A DNA stretch of 64,000 nt from Desulfobacterales bacterium (GTDB lineage Bacteria > Desulfobacterota > Desulfobacteria > Desulfobacterales > UBA2174). Where the stretch lies: the NCBI GenBank assembly GCA_963668645.2, contig CAXXWC010000019.1, positions 288,001 through 352,000 of the forward strand. Reading direction: 5' to 3'. The translations under genes and the position numbers were made by a program. The first letter of the stretch is position 1. Each line of letters opens with the position of its first letter. This document shows, piece after piece, positions 45,139 to 54,565 of the stretch. The notes beneath the pieces are model-generated. The model was not told where the DNA came from and did no database searches. It worked only from the letters and a program-made list of their open reading frames with translations.

Positions 45139-45915
45139 ATGCGTTTTCTGCTTTATAATATCCGTTACGGCGCCGGCATCGGCCGGCGCATTCACTTTCC
45201 GTTTCCCTACAGCGGTTACCTGAAGCACACCAGCGGCCAACTGGATCGCATCGCCGACTTTATCAAAGACCAGCGGCCGGATATCGTGGGGCTGGTGGAA
45301 GTCGACACCGGCTCTTTTCGCAACTGCGGGGACAGCCAGGCCGCCGCCATCGCCGGCCCGCTGTGCCACCGGCACGTTTTCCGGACCAAGTACCGCAGCA
45401 ATTCCCTGGCCGCCAAGATGCCCCTGCTGCGCCAGCAGGCCAACGCCGTTATGACCAATCAGAAAATTCTCGGCCAGCACTTTCACTATCTCAACCACGG
45501 TATGAAGCGTCTGGTGATCGAGGTGGGTCTGCCCGGCCTGACCGTTTTTCTGGTGCACCTGGCCCTGAAATACCGCCAGCGCCAGTACCAGCTCGTCGAC
45601 CTGCACGAAATCGTGCGCCACACCCGGGGACCGGTGGTGGTAGCCGGCGATTTCAACGCGTTTCGCGGAGACGGGGAGCTGGCCGGATTCATGGACGCCA
45701 CCGGGCTGAAAAACGCCGATCCCTGGGGGTTGCCGTCCTACCCCAGCCGTTCGCCCCACCGGCAGCTTGACTTCATCCTCCATAGCCCGGAGCTGCAAAC
45801 CCTCGATTTTCAGGCCCCTGCCGTGCGCTACTCCGATCACGTACCGCTGATCTGGGATTTCGAGCCGGAACGCGCGGCGCATGCCGATTCCGGCGGCGGA
45901 TTGACACTGCACTGA
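45139..45915 (+). CDS. Endonuclease/exonuclease/phosphatase family protein
   Basis: YNI, PDIVGL.EVD, HL.L, GDFN, LDFI, SDH.P. Confidence 0.9.
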   Translation: MRFLLYNIRYGAGIGRRIHFPFPYSGYLKHTSGQLDRIADFIKDQRPDIVGLVEVDTGSFRNCGDSQAAAIAGPLCHRHVFRTKYRSNSLAAKMPLLRQQANAVMTNQKILGQHFHYLNHGMKRLVIEVGLPGLTVFLVHLALKYRQRQYQLVDLHEIVRHTRGPVVVAGDFNAFRGDGELAGFMDATGLKNADPWGLPSYPSRSPHRQLDFILHSPELQTLDFQAPAVRYSDHVPLIWDFEPERAAHADSGGGLTLH

Positions 45916-46072
45916 CCGGATGATAACGGTCGCCTTGAACTGCGAGGCGCCTTCCAAGATTTGGGGCCGGAATAATCGCTCCCGGCAGCGGCCTGGGAAT
46001 GGGACCGGATTTCCCTGAACGATGGGGCGGGCAATCCGGCCTCAAGATATAAATGTCTATAGGACAACCCCG

Positions 46073-46957
46073 ATGCACCTCTATCGCAACTGGTTCCTGG
46101 CCAGCCGGCCCTGGTCCTTTTCCATGACCGCCATCTCGGTGAGCGTGGGCAGCGCCATGGCGGCCATCCAGGGTTCTTTTTCCTGGGCGCTCTATTTGCT
46201 GGCCCTGGTTTCGGCCGTCCTGCTGCATGTGGCCACCAACCTGATCAACGACTACTACGACGTAAAAAACGGCATCGACACCGTGGCCTCGGCCACGGCC
46301 CAGTACCGGCCCCACCCCTTGGTAGAAGGCAGGCTGCCGGCCCTCCAGGTCCGCAACGCGGCCTTCGGCCTCTTCGGCCTGGCGGCCCTGATCGGCATCT
46401 ATCTGACGGCCGTCTGCGGCCAGATGGTGCTCTGGATCGGGCTGGTGGGCCTGTTGGCCGGGCTGACCTACACAGCCCCGCCGCTAAAATACAAATACGT
46501 GGCCCTGGGAGAAATCTCGGTCTTTTTGATGTGGGGCCCCTTGATGGTCGAGGGGGCCTACTATGTCCAGTGCCGGTCTCTGGGCATGGACGCCTTCTGG
46601 GTCTCGCTGCCCTTCGGGATCCTGGTGGCCCTGGTGCTGCTGGCCAACAACATCCGTGACATCGACCTGGACCGCAGCCACCGCATCCGCACCCTGGCCA
46701 TCATGCTGGGCCGGCGCCACGGCCTGACGGCCTACCTGGGGCTCATGGTCCTGGCCTACCTCGGGATCCTGGCCCTGGCCGGCACCCTGACGCCCTGGGT
46801 CCTGCTGATCTTCCTGACCCTGCCCCTGGCCGCCAACCTGTTTCGTCAGATGCGCCACGCCATACCGGCGGATGCCGACGCGCGCACCGCCAAGCTGGAC
46901 ACCGCCTTCGGTCTTTTGCTGGTGGTCTCCCTGGTGATCGAAGGCCTGATCGGGTGA
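46073..46957 (+). CDS. menA: MenA-like UbiA-family prenyltransferase
   Basis: A.RPWSF, N..NDYYD...G.D, YT.PP..KY..LGE, ANN.RD...D....RTLA. Confidence 0.8.
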   Translation: MHLYRNWFLASRPWSFSMTAISVSVGSAMAAIQGSFSWALYLLALVSAVLLHVATNLINDYYDVKNGIDTVASATAQYRPHPLVEGRLPALQVRNAAFGLFGLAALIGIYLTAVCGQMVLWIGLVGLLAGLTYTAPPLKYKYVALGEISVFLMWGPLMVEGAYYVQCRSLGMDAFWVSLPFGILVALVLLANNIRDIDLDRSHRIRTLAIMLGRRHGLTAYLGLMVLAYLGILALAGTLTPWVLLIFLTLPLAANLFRQMRHAIPADADARTAKLDTAFGLLLVVSLVIEGLIG

Positions 46958-47580
46958 GCCGGCCTGCCATACCTTCGACCCGCGTCTGGGCCACGGCCGG
47001 TCTTGCCGCCTGTTTCTGGTTTGCCACCTTCTACCTGAGCTTTTCGGTTTTCTGGATCAAAATCGGTTTTTCGGCCGCCTGCCTGGCCCTGATCGCCATC
47101 AGGCTCCAGCCGCAATTGGTCAAAAGCCTGCGCCCGGATTGCAAGGCTTTGATCCAGGGGGTGGTTTCGGCGGTGATCCTCTGGGGCATCTTCTGGTGCG
47201 GCAAGCAGGTCTCGACCCTGCTCTTTCCCTTCGCCGGCGGCCAGATCGGCGCCATCTACGGCAAGGGGGCCGGCTTTTCACGCTGGGGGGTTTTCTTCCT
47301 GCTGCTGCTGGTCACCGGTCCGGCCGAAGAGATCTACTGGCGCGGCTTCCTGCAGCAGAATCTCATGGCCCGCTACGGTGCGGTGCGCGGTTGGCTGGCC
47401 GCCACGGCGGTCTACGCCCTGGTGCACATCTGGTCGTTCAACTTCATGCTCATCGGCGCGGCGGCCGTGGCCGGGGCTTTCTGGGGGCTTTGCTACTGGC
47501 GCTGGGGCAGGCTGGCGCCGGTTGTCATCTCCCATTCACTCTGGAGCGCCTTCGTCTTTTCCGTAGTGCCGATTCCGTAA
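46954..47580 (+). CDS. CPBP (CAAX/Abi) intramembrane glutamic protease
   Basis: EEIYWRG, Y..VH, SH..W motifs; GTGA overlap with the menA-like gene. Confidence 0.88.
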   Translation: MSRPAIPSTRVWATAGLAACFWFATFYLSFSVFWIKIGFSAACLALIAIRLQPQLVKSLRPDCKALIQGVVSAVILWGIFWCGKQVSTLLFPFAGGQIGAIYGKGAGFSRWGVFFLLLLVTGPAEEIYWRGFLQQNLMARYGAVRGWLAATAVYALVHIWSFNFMLIGAAAVAGAFWGLCYWRWGRLAPVVISHSLWSAFVFSVVPIP

Positions 47581-47629
47581 ACCATCACAGACCGGAGCGC
47601 TAGGGTCCCACTCGGGGCCGCGTTTTTCG

Positions 47630-47659
47630 GGCGGTCGCGGGGTTGTCCCCGCGACCGCC
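47630..47659. terminator. Hairpin between convergent genes
   Basis: Perfect 13-bp stem GGCGGTCGCGGGG-TTGT-CCCCGCGACCGCC. Confidence 0.55.
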
Positions 47660-47779
47660 GTTTCCTGTCGGCGCCCCTGCCGCTTCTTTCTTTCCGGCGG
47701 GCAACACTCACAGATCCGGTGATTCACTGGAAATTGCCGCACCACGGCCCATTGTCACGCCGGGCCGTTGCAGCAATTT

Positions 47780-48517
47780 TCAGCCCATCATCTCTTCGGG
47801 AATATCGGCGTTGGTATAAACCTTTTGCACGTCGTCATGGTCTTCGAGCAGATCCATGAGACGGACCATCTGTTCGGCTTCCTTGCCTTTGAGTTCGCAG
47901 GTGGTCGATGGCAGCATGGTCACCTCGGCTTCCACCGTGGGGATTTCGGCGGCATCGACGGCCGCCTTGACCGCCTCGAAATCCGCCGGCGCGCAGATCA
48001 CCTCGAAGCTGTCCTCGTCGTCGCGCACATCCTCGGCGCCCGCCTCCAGGACGATCTCCATGAGACGGTCCTCTTCCACGGCCGACTTTTCCACCGCCAG
48101 GTAGCCTTTTTTGTCGAAGAGATAGGCCACACACCCGCTGGCGCCCAGGTTTCCGCCGCACTTGGAAAAACCGTGCCGGATTTCGGCCACGGTGCGATTC
48201 TTGTTGTCGGTGAGCGATTCGACCATCACCGCGGCCCCACCCGGACCGTAGCCTTCGTAGACGATCTCCTCGTAGCTGACCCCTTCCAGTTCGCCGGTGC
48301 CCTTCTTGATGGCCCGCTCGATGTTATCCTTGGGCATGTTTTCGCTGCGCGCGTTGATCAGCGCCAGGCGCAAGCGCGGATTGGCGTTGATATCGCCGCC
48401 GCCCATGCGCGCCGCCACGGTAATCTCCTTGATCAGCTTGGTGAACGCCTTGCCGCGTTTGGCGTCTGCGGCAGCCTTCTTATGTTTGATGGTCGACCAC
48501 TTATTATGTCCGGACAT
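47780..48517 (-). CDS. yebC: YebC/PmpR family protein
   Basis: [36 protein letters not shown]. Confidence 0.96.
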   Translation of the reverse strand: MSGHNKWSTIKHKKAAADAKRGKAFTKLIKEITVAARMGGGDINANPRLRLALINARSENMPKDNIERAIKKGTGELEGVSYEEIVYEGYGPGGAAVMVESLTDNKNRTVAEIRHGFSKCGGNLGASGCVAYLFDKKGYLAVEKSAVEEDRLMEIVLEAGAEDVRDDEDSFEVICAPADFEAVKAAVDAAEIPTVEAEVTMLPSTTCELKGKEAEQMVRLMDLLEDHDDVQKVYTNADIPEEMMG

Positions 48518-48520
48518 CGA

Positions 48521-49132
48521 TCATGCCTCCTGTTTTTTGCCTTTGCCGATGACAAAGATTTCCTTGCTCGCCTTGCGGCTGCTTTGTGGTTTGAAAAGTC
48601 GTACCTCGCCGAAGACGGCCCGTACCTGATCGCCAAAGGCACCGGCGTCCTCGCCCTGGAATATCTTGCAAGCGAAAGATCCGCCGCTTTTCAGGTAGCG
48701 CCGGGCGGTCTCCAGGGCCGCGACCGCCAGGTTGAAAGAGCGGGCCGCGTCGGTATGCCGGTTTCCAGTGGTGGCCGGCGCCATATCGCTGAGCACCACA
48801 TCGAAGCCGGCCGCCAGCACTGCCTCGACTTCCGCGGCCGGCCGCTCCAGATCCCCCACCAGGGTTTGGACATGCTCCGGCAGGGCGATGGCCACCGGGT
48901 TGAGATCGATGCCCACCACCCGGCCGCCGGGACCGGTGAGCTGGGCGGCCAGTTTGAGCCATCCCCCCGGGGCGCAGCCCAGATCCAACACCCGGTCCCC
49001 AGAGCGGATCACCCGGTAGCGGCGCTGGATCTCCTCGAGCTTGTAGACCGAGCGGGCCGCATACCCCTCCTGGCGGGCCTTACGCGTGTAATGATCGGCC
49101 CAGCGGTTGGCCTTCGAAGTTCGCTCTCTCAT
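48521..49132 (-). CDS. rlmE: 23S rRNA Um2552 methyltransferase
   Basis: Y.ARS.YKL.EI, DLGCAPGGW, SDMAP..TG, KP.SSR..S.E. Confidence 0.93.
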   Translation of the reverse strand: MRERTSKANRWADHYTRKARQEGYAARSVYKLEEIQRRYRVIRSGDRVLDLGCAPGGWLKLAAQLTGPGGRVVGIDLNPVAIALPEHVQTLVGDLERPAAEVEAVLAAGFDVVLSDMAPATTGNRHTDAARSFNLAVAALETARRYLKSGGSFACKIFQGEDAGAFGDQVRAVFGEVRLFKPQSSRKASKEIFVIGKGKKQEA

Positions 49133-49167
49133 AGCCTCAACTACCTAAAAAGTCAAGAAATCCAAAA

Positions 49168-50538
49168 TCAAAAAAGCACCTCCATGGCCTTGGCGACCTG
49201 GGAGACGCCCACGATCTCAAGATCCGCAGACCGGGAACAGCGCTGGCAATTACCAGTGGGCAGCACGCAGCGGGTAAAGCCCATTTTGTGGGCCTCGTTA
49301 AGACGTGCCTCGACCTGGCCCACGGCGCGCACCTCCCCGGTGAGCCCCACCTCGCCGAACACCACGGTCTGCCCGGTAACCGGCTTGTCGAGAAAACTGG
49401 AGGCCACCGCGGCCACCAGGGCCAGATCCACCGCCGGTTCTTCGAGTTTGACCCCTCCGGCCACGTTGATAAAGACGTCGTGGCCCATCAGGGGGATCCC
49501 GAGCTTCTTTTCCAGCACCGCCACCAGCAGGGCCACCCGGTTGCGATCGACCCCCAGCACGGTGCGCCGCGGGGTACCCAGCGGGGTGGCGCTGACCAAA
49601 GCCTGTATCTCCACCAGGATCGGCCGGGTGCCTTCGATGGTGGCGGCCACCACCGAGCCGGGGGCCGAGACGGGCCGTTCGGCCAGAAAAACGGCCGAGG
49701 GGTTGGTCACCTGGCCCAGGCCGGCCTCGTTCATCTCGAAGACCCCGATCTCGTTGGTCGAGCCGAAACGATTTTTGACCGCCCGCAGGATGCGGTAGGA
49801 ATGGTTGCGGTCGCCCTCGAAGTACAGCACCGTATCGACCATGTGCTCGAGCAGGCGCGGCCCGGCGATGCTGCCGTCCTTGGTCACGTGGCCCACCAGA
49901 AATACCGGCACCCCGGAACGCTTGGCCATCAGCATCAGGCGCATGGCCGATTCGCGCACCTGGCTGACGCTGCCCGGGGCCGAAGTCAACTCGGCGCTGA
50001 ACATGGTCTGGATCGAATCGATCACCAGCACGTCGGGCCGGTGGGCCTCGACCATCCGGAGCACTCCGGCCACATCGATCTCCGAGACCACCAGCAGCTC
50101 GGAGGCCAGGGTCCCCAGGCGCTGGCTGCGGATGCGGATCTGGCGGATCGATTCTTCGCCCGAAACGTAGAGCACCGTGCGCCCGGCAGCCGCCAGGCCG
50201 TGCAGCGTCTGGAGCATGAGGGTCGACTTGCCGATTCCCGGGTCGCCGCCGATGAGCACCATCGATCCGGGCACCACCCCGCCGCCCAGCACCCGGTCAA
50301 GCTCGCCGATGCCGGTGGCCATTCTGAACTCGTCCGAGATCGGCACGGCATCGATGGGTACCGGGGCGTGGTTTGCGGTCCCTGCCGCGGCCAGACCCGG
50401 GCGGGCCGGGGCAGTCCGCACCACCTCTTCCACCAGGGTATCCCACTGGCCGCAGTCCGGGCATTTGCCCAGCCACTTGGGGCTGGAGTGCCCGCAATTC
50501 TGGCAGGTATAGATGGTCTTGTCCGGCTTTGGGGCCAT
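49168..50538 (-). CDS. radA: DNA repair protein RadA/Sms
   Basis: C4 zinc finger, GGDPGIGKSTL, KNRFG, Lon-like C-terminus. Confidence 0.96.
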   Translation of the reverse strand: MAPKPDKTIYTCQNCGHSSPKWLGKCPDCGQWDTLVEEVVRTAPARPGLAAAGTANHAPVPIDAVPISDEFRMATGIGELDRVLGGGVVPGSMVLIGGDPGIGKSTLMLQTLHGLAAAGRTVLYVSGEESIRQIRIRSQRLGTLASELLVVSEIDVAGVLRMVEAHRPDVLVIDSIQTMFSAELTSAPGSVSQVRESAMRLMLMAKRSGVPVFLVGHVTKDGSIAGPRLLEHMVDTVLYFEGDRNHSYRILRAVKNRFGSTNEIGVFEMNEAGLGQVTNPSAVFLAERPVSAPGSVVAATIEGTRPILVEIQALVSATPLGTPRRTVLGVDRNRVALLVAVLEKKLGIPLMGHDVFINVAGGVKLEEPAVDLALVAAVASSFLDKPVTGQTVVFGEVGLTGEVRAVGQVEARLNEAHKMGFTRCVLPTGNCQRCSRSADLEIVGVSQVAKAMEVLF

Positions 50539-50771
50539 AGGGTCGTCCTGAATCTATTTGTGGGTCACTCCATACCTTTTGAATCGATGCGGCATCCAAA
50601 CAGAAAAAATCCCTCTCTATGAAGCCATCGCAGAACTTTGACGGGGCCGTGCCGATTTCCCCGATGCGCATTGACAGCACGGTTCATAGCATGCCAAGTT
50701 GGCCCTGGCAAAGCCTCACGGCCCGTTGAAGACGACGGCGGGCGGGAATTTTCCAACCGGAGCACCGATCG

Positions 50772-51647
50772 ATGCGAAGATCGATATGGTTTTATGCAGC
50801 GCTATTCTTGCTGTTGATGTGGACGCCTCAAGGTGTGGCCTCGGGAGCCGTCAAAGGCCCGTTCACGGCCCTGGCCGGCCGGCTGGCGGCCGACGGGTTT
50901 TCCGCCGAACGCCTTCAGGCCCTTTACACCAGCCCTGAAGCGGCCTTCGACGCCAAGGGGGTCTCGCTCTTTTTCATCCACAACGAAGCGCGTATCGATT
51001 ACGACAAGTTCACCCGGCCGGAGCCCATCTCCCGGGCCAGAGCCTACATGGCCAGCCATGCCGCAGCCCTCAAAAGCGCGGCCCGCGCTTACGGGGTGGA
51101 CCGGGAAGTGATCGCGTCCATCCTGCTGGTGGAAACCCGGCTCGGCACCTTCACCGGCAAACGCTCCGTGTTCAACACCCTGTCGACCATGGCGGCCCTG
51201 GACGACCCGGGCCTGCGCCGCGACTTCTGGAACCGGATCGCCCCCGAGCGCCGTATCCGTGCCGATCAATTCGCCGCCAAGGCCGACGCCAAATCGACCT
51301 GGGCCTACCAGGAACTCAAGGCATTTTTACAGTATGCGGACCGGGAAGGGATCGACCCGCTGGCGGTGGGCGGATCTTATGCCGGGGCCATGGGCATCTG
51401 CCAGTTCATGCCCTCCAATGCCCTGCGCCTGGCGGTGGACGGGAACCGGGACGGCCGGGTGGACCTGTTCGACCATGCGGACGCCATCGCCTCGGTGGCC
51501 CGCTACCTCAAACATCACGGCTGGCGGCCGGGACTGGCGCGCCAGAAACGCTACCAGGTGATCCTGCGCTACAACTACAGCAAGTACTATGCGAATACCA
51601 TCTTGAAAATCGCGGACATCCTGGGGAAAAATCGCCGGTCTGAATAA
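50772..51647 (+). CDS. mltB: Lytic murein transglycosylase B-like
   Basis: ILLVETRLG, GSYAGAMG..QFMPS, VDG.DG..DL, YN.S..Y. Confidence 0.88.
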   Translation: MRRSIWFYAALFLLLMWTPQGVASGAVKGPFTALAGRLAADGFSAERLQALYTSPEAAFDAKGVSLFFIHNEARIDYDKFTRPEPISRARAYMASHAAALKSAARAYGVDREVIASILLVETRLGTFTGKRSVFNTLSTMAALDDPGLRRDFWNRIAPERRIRADQFAAKADAKSTWAYQELKAFLQYADREGIDPLAVGGSYAGAMGICQFMPSNALRLAVDGNRDGRVDLFDHADAIASVARYLKHHGWRPGLARQKRYQVILRYNYSKYYANTILKIADILGKNRRSE

Positions 51648-51710
51648 GGGACCGTTACGTCCTACGGCAGGACCGATCCTTCCGGCCGCGGCATGAATTC
51701 GTGAGGCGTT

Positions 51711-51914
51711 ATGGATCTCAAGCAGCTCGGCACCTTCCTGATACTGGTAGTGCCATTTTTTATCGGAACCATCTGGGCCGTCGTGGACAGCGCCCAGAAG
51801 GAGTTCGGCTCCCCGGGCCGCAAGGCCGCCTGGGTGGCGGTGGCCAGCATCCCCTTCGTGGGTTTTATCATCTATCTTCTCTTCGGCTTTCGCCGCGGCC
51901 GCAAAAACGACTGA
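51711..51914 (+). CDS. Small membrane protein (PLDc_N-like)
   Basis: K..W.....IPFVGFIIYLLFG motif; GAGG RBS. Confidence 0.75.
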   Translation: MDLKQLGTFLILVVPFFIGTIWAVVDSAQKEFGSPGRKAAWVAVASIPFVGFIIYLLFGFRRGRKND

Positions 51915-51985
51915 CCGAGGCTCTTGCGGCCCAGAAACAGAAATCTCTTGCCGGTTGCTGCTATTTCCTGCCGATCTGCCCAAAT

Positions 51986-52179
51986 GCAGATTCCTCCTCG
52001 CTGGCGCTCGTCGGAATGACGGTGGGAAAGGTGGCACTCCGGAATGATAGTGAGAAGAGTGGCTACACGCTCGTCTGAATGACAGCGGGAAACGTGGCAG
52101 CCCGTTCCCCTCCCCGTCTGTCATCCCGCACTCCTCCTCTTCCATTGTCATCCCAAGGAGTCTACGACGAGGGATCTGC
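51986..52179. repeat. REP-like palindromic element cluster
   Basis: GCAGATTCCTCCTCGCTGGCGCTCGTCGGAATGAC inverted against TGTCATCCCAAGGAGTCTACGACGAGGGATCTGC, with internal partial GAATGA(C) copies. Confidence 0.7.
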
Positions 52180-52283
52180 TGTTCCCCAAATAGGCAGGAA
52201 AAAGGCTGCCAAACAAAAAAGACCTTCCTCTTGATGAAGTCAGCGCAGGACGCTGGCAGGACCGTGGGCACCAATCATTTTGC

Positions 52284-52313
52284 TTGACAAGCAGCGGGCG
52301 AGTCGGCTATGAA
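52284..52313 (+). promoter_or_regulatory. tRNA promoter
   Basis: TTGACA-18 bp-TATGAA. Confidence 0.55.
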
Positions 52314-52335
52314 AACCATCTTTTCATACCCTAGT

Positions 52336-52410
52336 GGTCCCATCGTCTAGTGGTTAGGACGCCGGCCTCTCACGCCGGTAACATGGGTTCGAATCCCATT
52401 GGGATCACCA
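52336..52410 (+). tRNA. tRNA-Glu (anticodon CTC)
   Basis: GGTCCCA/TGGGATC acceptor stem, CCGGC-CTCTCAC-GCCGG anticodon arm, GGTTCGAATCC T-loop, encoded CCA. Confidence 0.96.
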
Positions 52411-52415
52411 ATTTC

Positions 52416-52514
52416 TCAATCCAAAATCGCCTTCAGCAACGCATCCCGAGCATCCGAATAGAATTGGACATCCACCTTCGTGGCCATGTCGTCGGAAAAA
52501 TCGAATAATTGGCA
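52416..52514 (-). pseudogene. C-terminal remnant resembling BREX BrxL
   Basis: Translates to CQLFDFSDDMATKVDVQFYSDARDALLKAILD*, matching the FYSD..DA..KA tail I recall for BrxL; not database-checked. Confidence 0.55.
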
Positions 52515-52910
52515 GTTATCACTTACCACCCTATCTGGGAAACTTCCGGCTTTGGGCAGGATTGGCCGGGAAATGGCGGGGATTCGTGGGATTACGGGTA
52601 GTTAGGCGGGGCACAAGCGTGCGGTTAGGCCGAAATCCAATCTCAGAAACTTTTCCCGGACAGCCGAATTTTCCACTTAATCTCAGAAATTTAAAAAACG
52701 GCCATTGATAGGACAACCTCCCGGTGGGGCGGTGGATTTCGTCAGGTGGTGGCGGAAAAGCCGGCAGATCGTTTCGGACTTTCGGGCCGAAAGCCCGAAA
52801 AAAGTCCGAAATGGGGAGTGAAAGCCCGAAATGGCCGATATGCGCTATGGTGGCGGGTGGTTAGGGATGATTTTGGGCCTTAGGTGGCTTTAAGAAAGTC
52901 CGAAACGAAA
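52515..52910. repeat. Repeat-rich non-coding segment, putative transposable-phage end or binding-site array
   Basis: AATCTCAGAAA twice (52639, 52679); AAAG(C/T)CCGAAA four times direct plus once inverted (52772-52905). Confidence 0.55.
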
Positions 52911-52914
52911 TCCT

Positions 52915-53466
52915 TTAGTGCCACTCTGGTTTGGGGCGGTGGGCGTTTCCGATGGAGTGTTTTGCCCGAGACCTTTTCAGCCTGGCCCGCCTTTCGGCCT
53001 TAAATTTTTCGGCGATGGGTTCGGCGACTTTTTCCGGGTACTCTATGGCGATCATCCGCCAGTCCGAGATCCTATCGATCCTCACCAGGCGAGCGCTGGC
53101 CTTCTTGCGCCAGTATTCGTTCAAGAACGCCTGGTGCTGGCCGAGGACGGAAAAATCCAGGATGACCTTTTGCCGGTGGTTAATGCTCCAGCCAAAGGAA
53201 TATCTGCTGTTTCGGCTTCATTGCACCCCCTGTGAGCCATTTTCGGTCCGATACCGCTCGCGCAGCTTGCGGATGAACGCCTCGAAGGCTGTGAGATCCT
53301 GCGGCCTATTCCTGTCCGCATCGCCTCGCACGTAGGCGAGAAAGCCCACGCGACAAACATCGACCTGGTCATCATCAGCGTTGGCCATCTCGATTCGGTC
53401 CTTGAGCTTCAGGGCCGAGATCATGGCCTCGGCCATTTCATCGATGGTGGCTTGGGTAGTTGCCAT
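52915..53466 (-). pseudogene. Hypothetical gene split by an in-frame TGA (53218-53220)
   Basis: GGAG RBS at the start; ORFs 53218-53466 and 52915-53124 share a frame with a single stop between them. Confidence 0.45.
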
Positions 53467-53495
53467 ATCTCCATTTGGTGAGAAAAGATATCACC

Positions 53496-54565
53496 CATGA
53501 TACTGAGTTCAAGGATTGGCGGCATCTGAACTTTTTCCAGCATGAGACCTACCTGCATGCCCGGGTGCCTCGGGCGGGGTGTTCGGATTGTGGCCCGCAC
53601 GTCGTCGATTTGCCCTGGGCGAGGCTTGGCAGCGGATTTACCCTGCTGTTCGAGGCATTTATCATGACGTTGGCCAAGCAGATGCCGGTCAACGCGATAG
53701 CCCGTCTGGTGGGCGAGCACGACACACGGTTATGGCGGATATTGAAGCATTACGTAGATGAGGCCCGAAAGCACTTAGACATGTCTGAAGTGCACCGTGC
53801 GGGAGTGGATGAGACCTCACGCAAAAAGCACCACCAGTATGTCAGTGTGGTGATGGATCTGGATCAATCGAGTGTGCTGTATGCCACGGAAGGCAAGGGA
53901 GCGGAGGTGATTGAATCGTTTGCCCAGGATCTGGAGGCTCACGGCGGGGATCGCAGCAACATCGAGGAGGTCTGCTGCGACATGTCACCGGCGTTTATCA
54001 GTGGAGTGAAACAGTATTTGCCTGAGGCGCAACTGACCTTTGACAAATTTCATGTCTTAAAAGTGATCAACGAAGCAGTGGATAAGGTACGGATCGAGGA
54101 ACAACGGCAACAGCCGGAATTGTTGAAGAAGAGCAAGTACATATGGTTGAAGAACCCTGATAACCTCAACGACCATCAGAAAGAGAGGTTAGCCTCGCTT
54201 CGGCTGAAAGATTTGAATTTAAAAACGGCCCGCGCCTATCATATCAGGCTGAATTTTCAAGATTTTTGGAAGCAATCGCCATTAGAGGCGGAATCGTTTT
54301 TAAAGCGCTGGTATTTTTGGGCGACCCACAGCCGATTGGAACCGATCAAGCAAGCCGCCTATACGATCAAACGACATTGGGATGGGGTATTGCGTTGGGC
54401 AACCTCAAGGATCAACAACGGAATACTGGAAGGGATTAACAGTCTCATTCAGGCTGCCAAGGCACGGGCTCGTGGCTATCGTTCAGCACGCAATTTCATT
54501 ACGATGATCTACATCATTGCGGGCAAGCTCGAATTTGATTTACCCACATGAAACAGCGAAGAGCC
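53496..54565 (+). mobile_element. ISL3-family insertion sequence, left end and transposase N-terminus deleted
   Basis: WRHLNFFQH..YLHARVPR, GVDETS, CDMS, FDKFHV, NG.LEG.NS..QAAK.RARGYR; right end AACAGCGAAGAGCC (reverse complement GGCTCTTCG). Confidence 0.9.

Noticed and set aside
51986..52910. CRISPR array
   Set aside because: The repeats are short, degenerate and irregularly spaced, without unique spacers or cas genes.
53218..53220. In-frame TGA as selenocysteine
   Set aside because: No redox motif or evident SECIS hairpin; it lies in a decayed island, so a nonsense mutation or two separate small ORFs is more likely.
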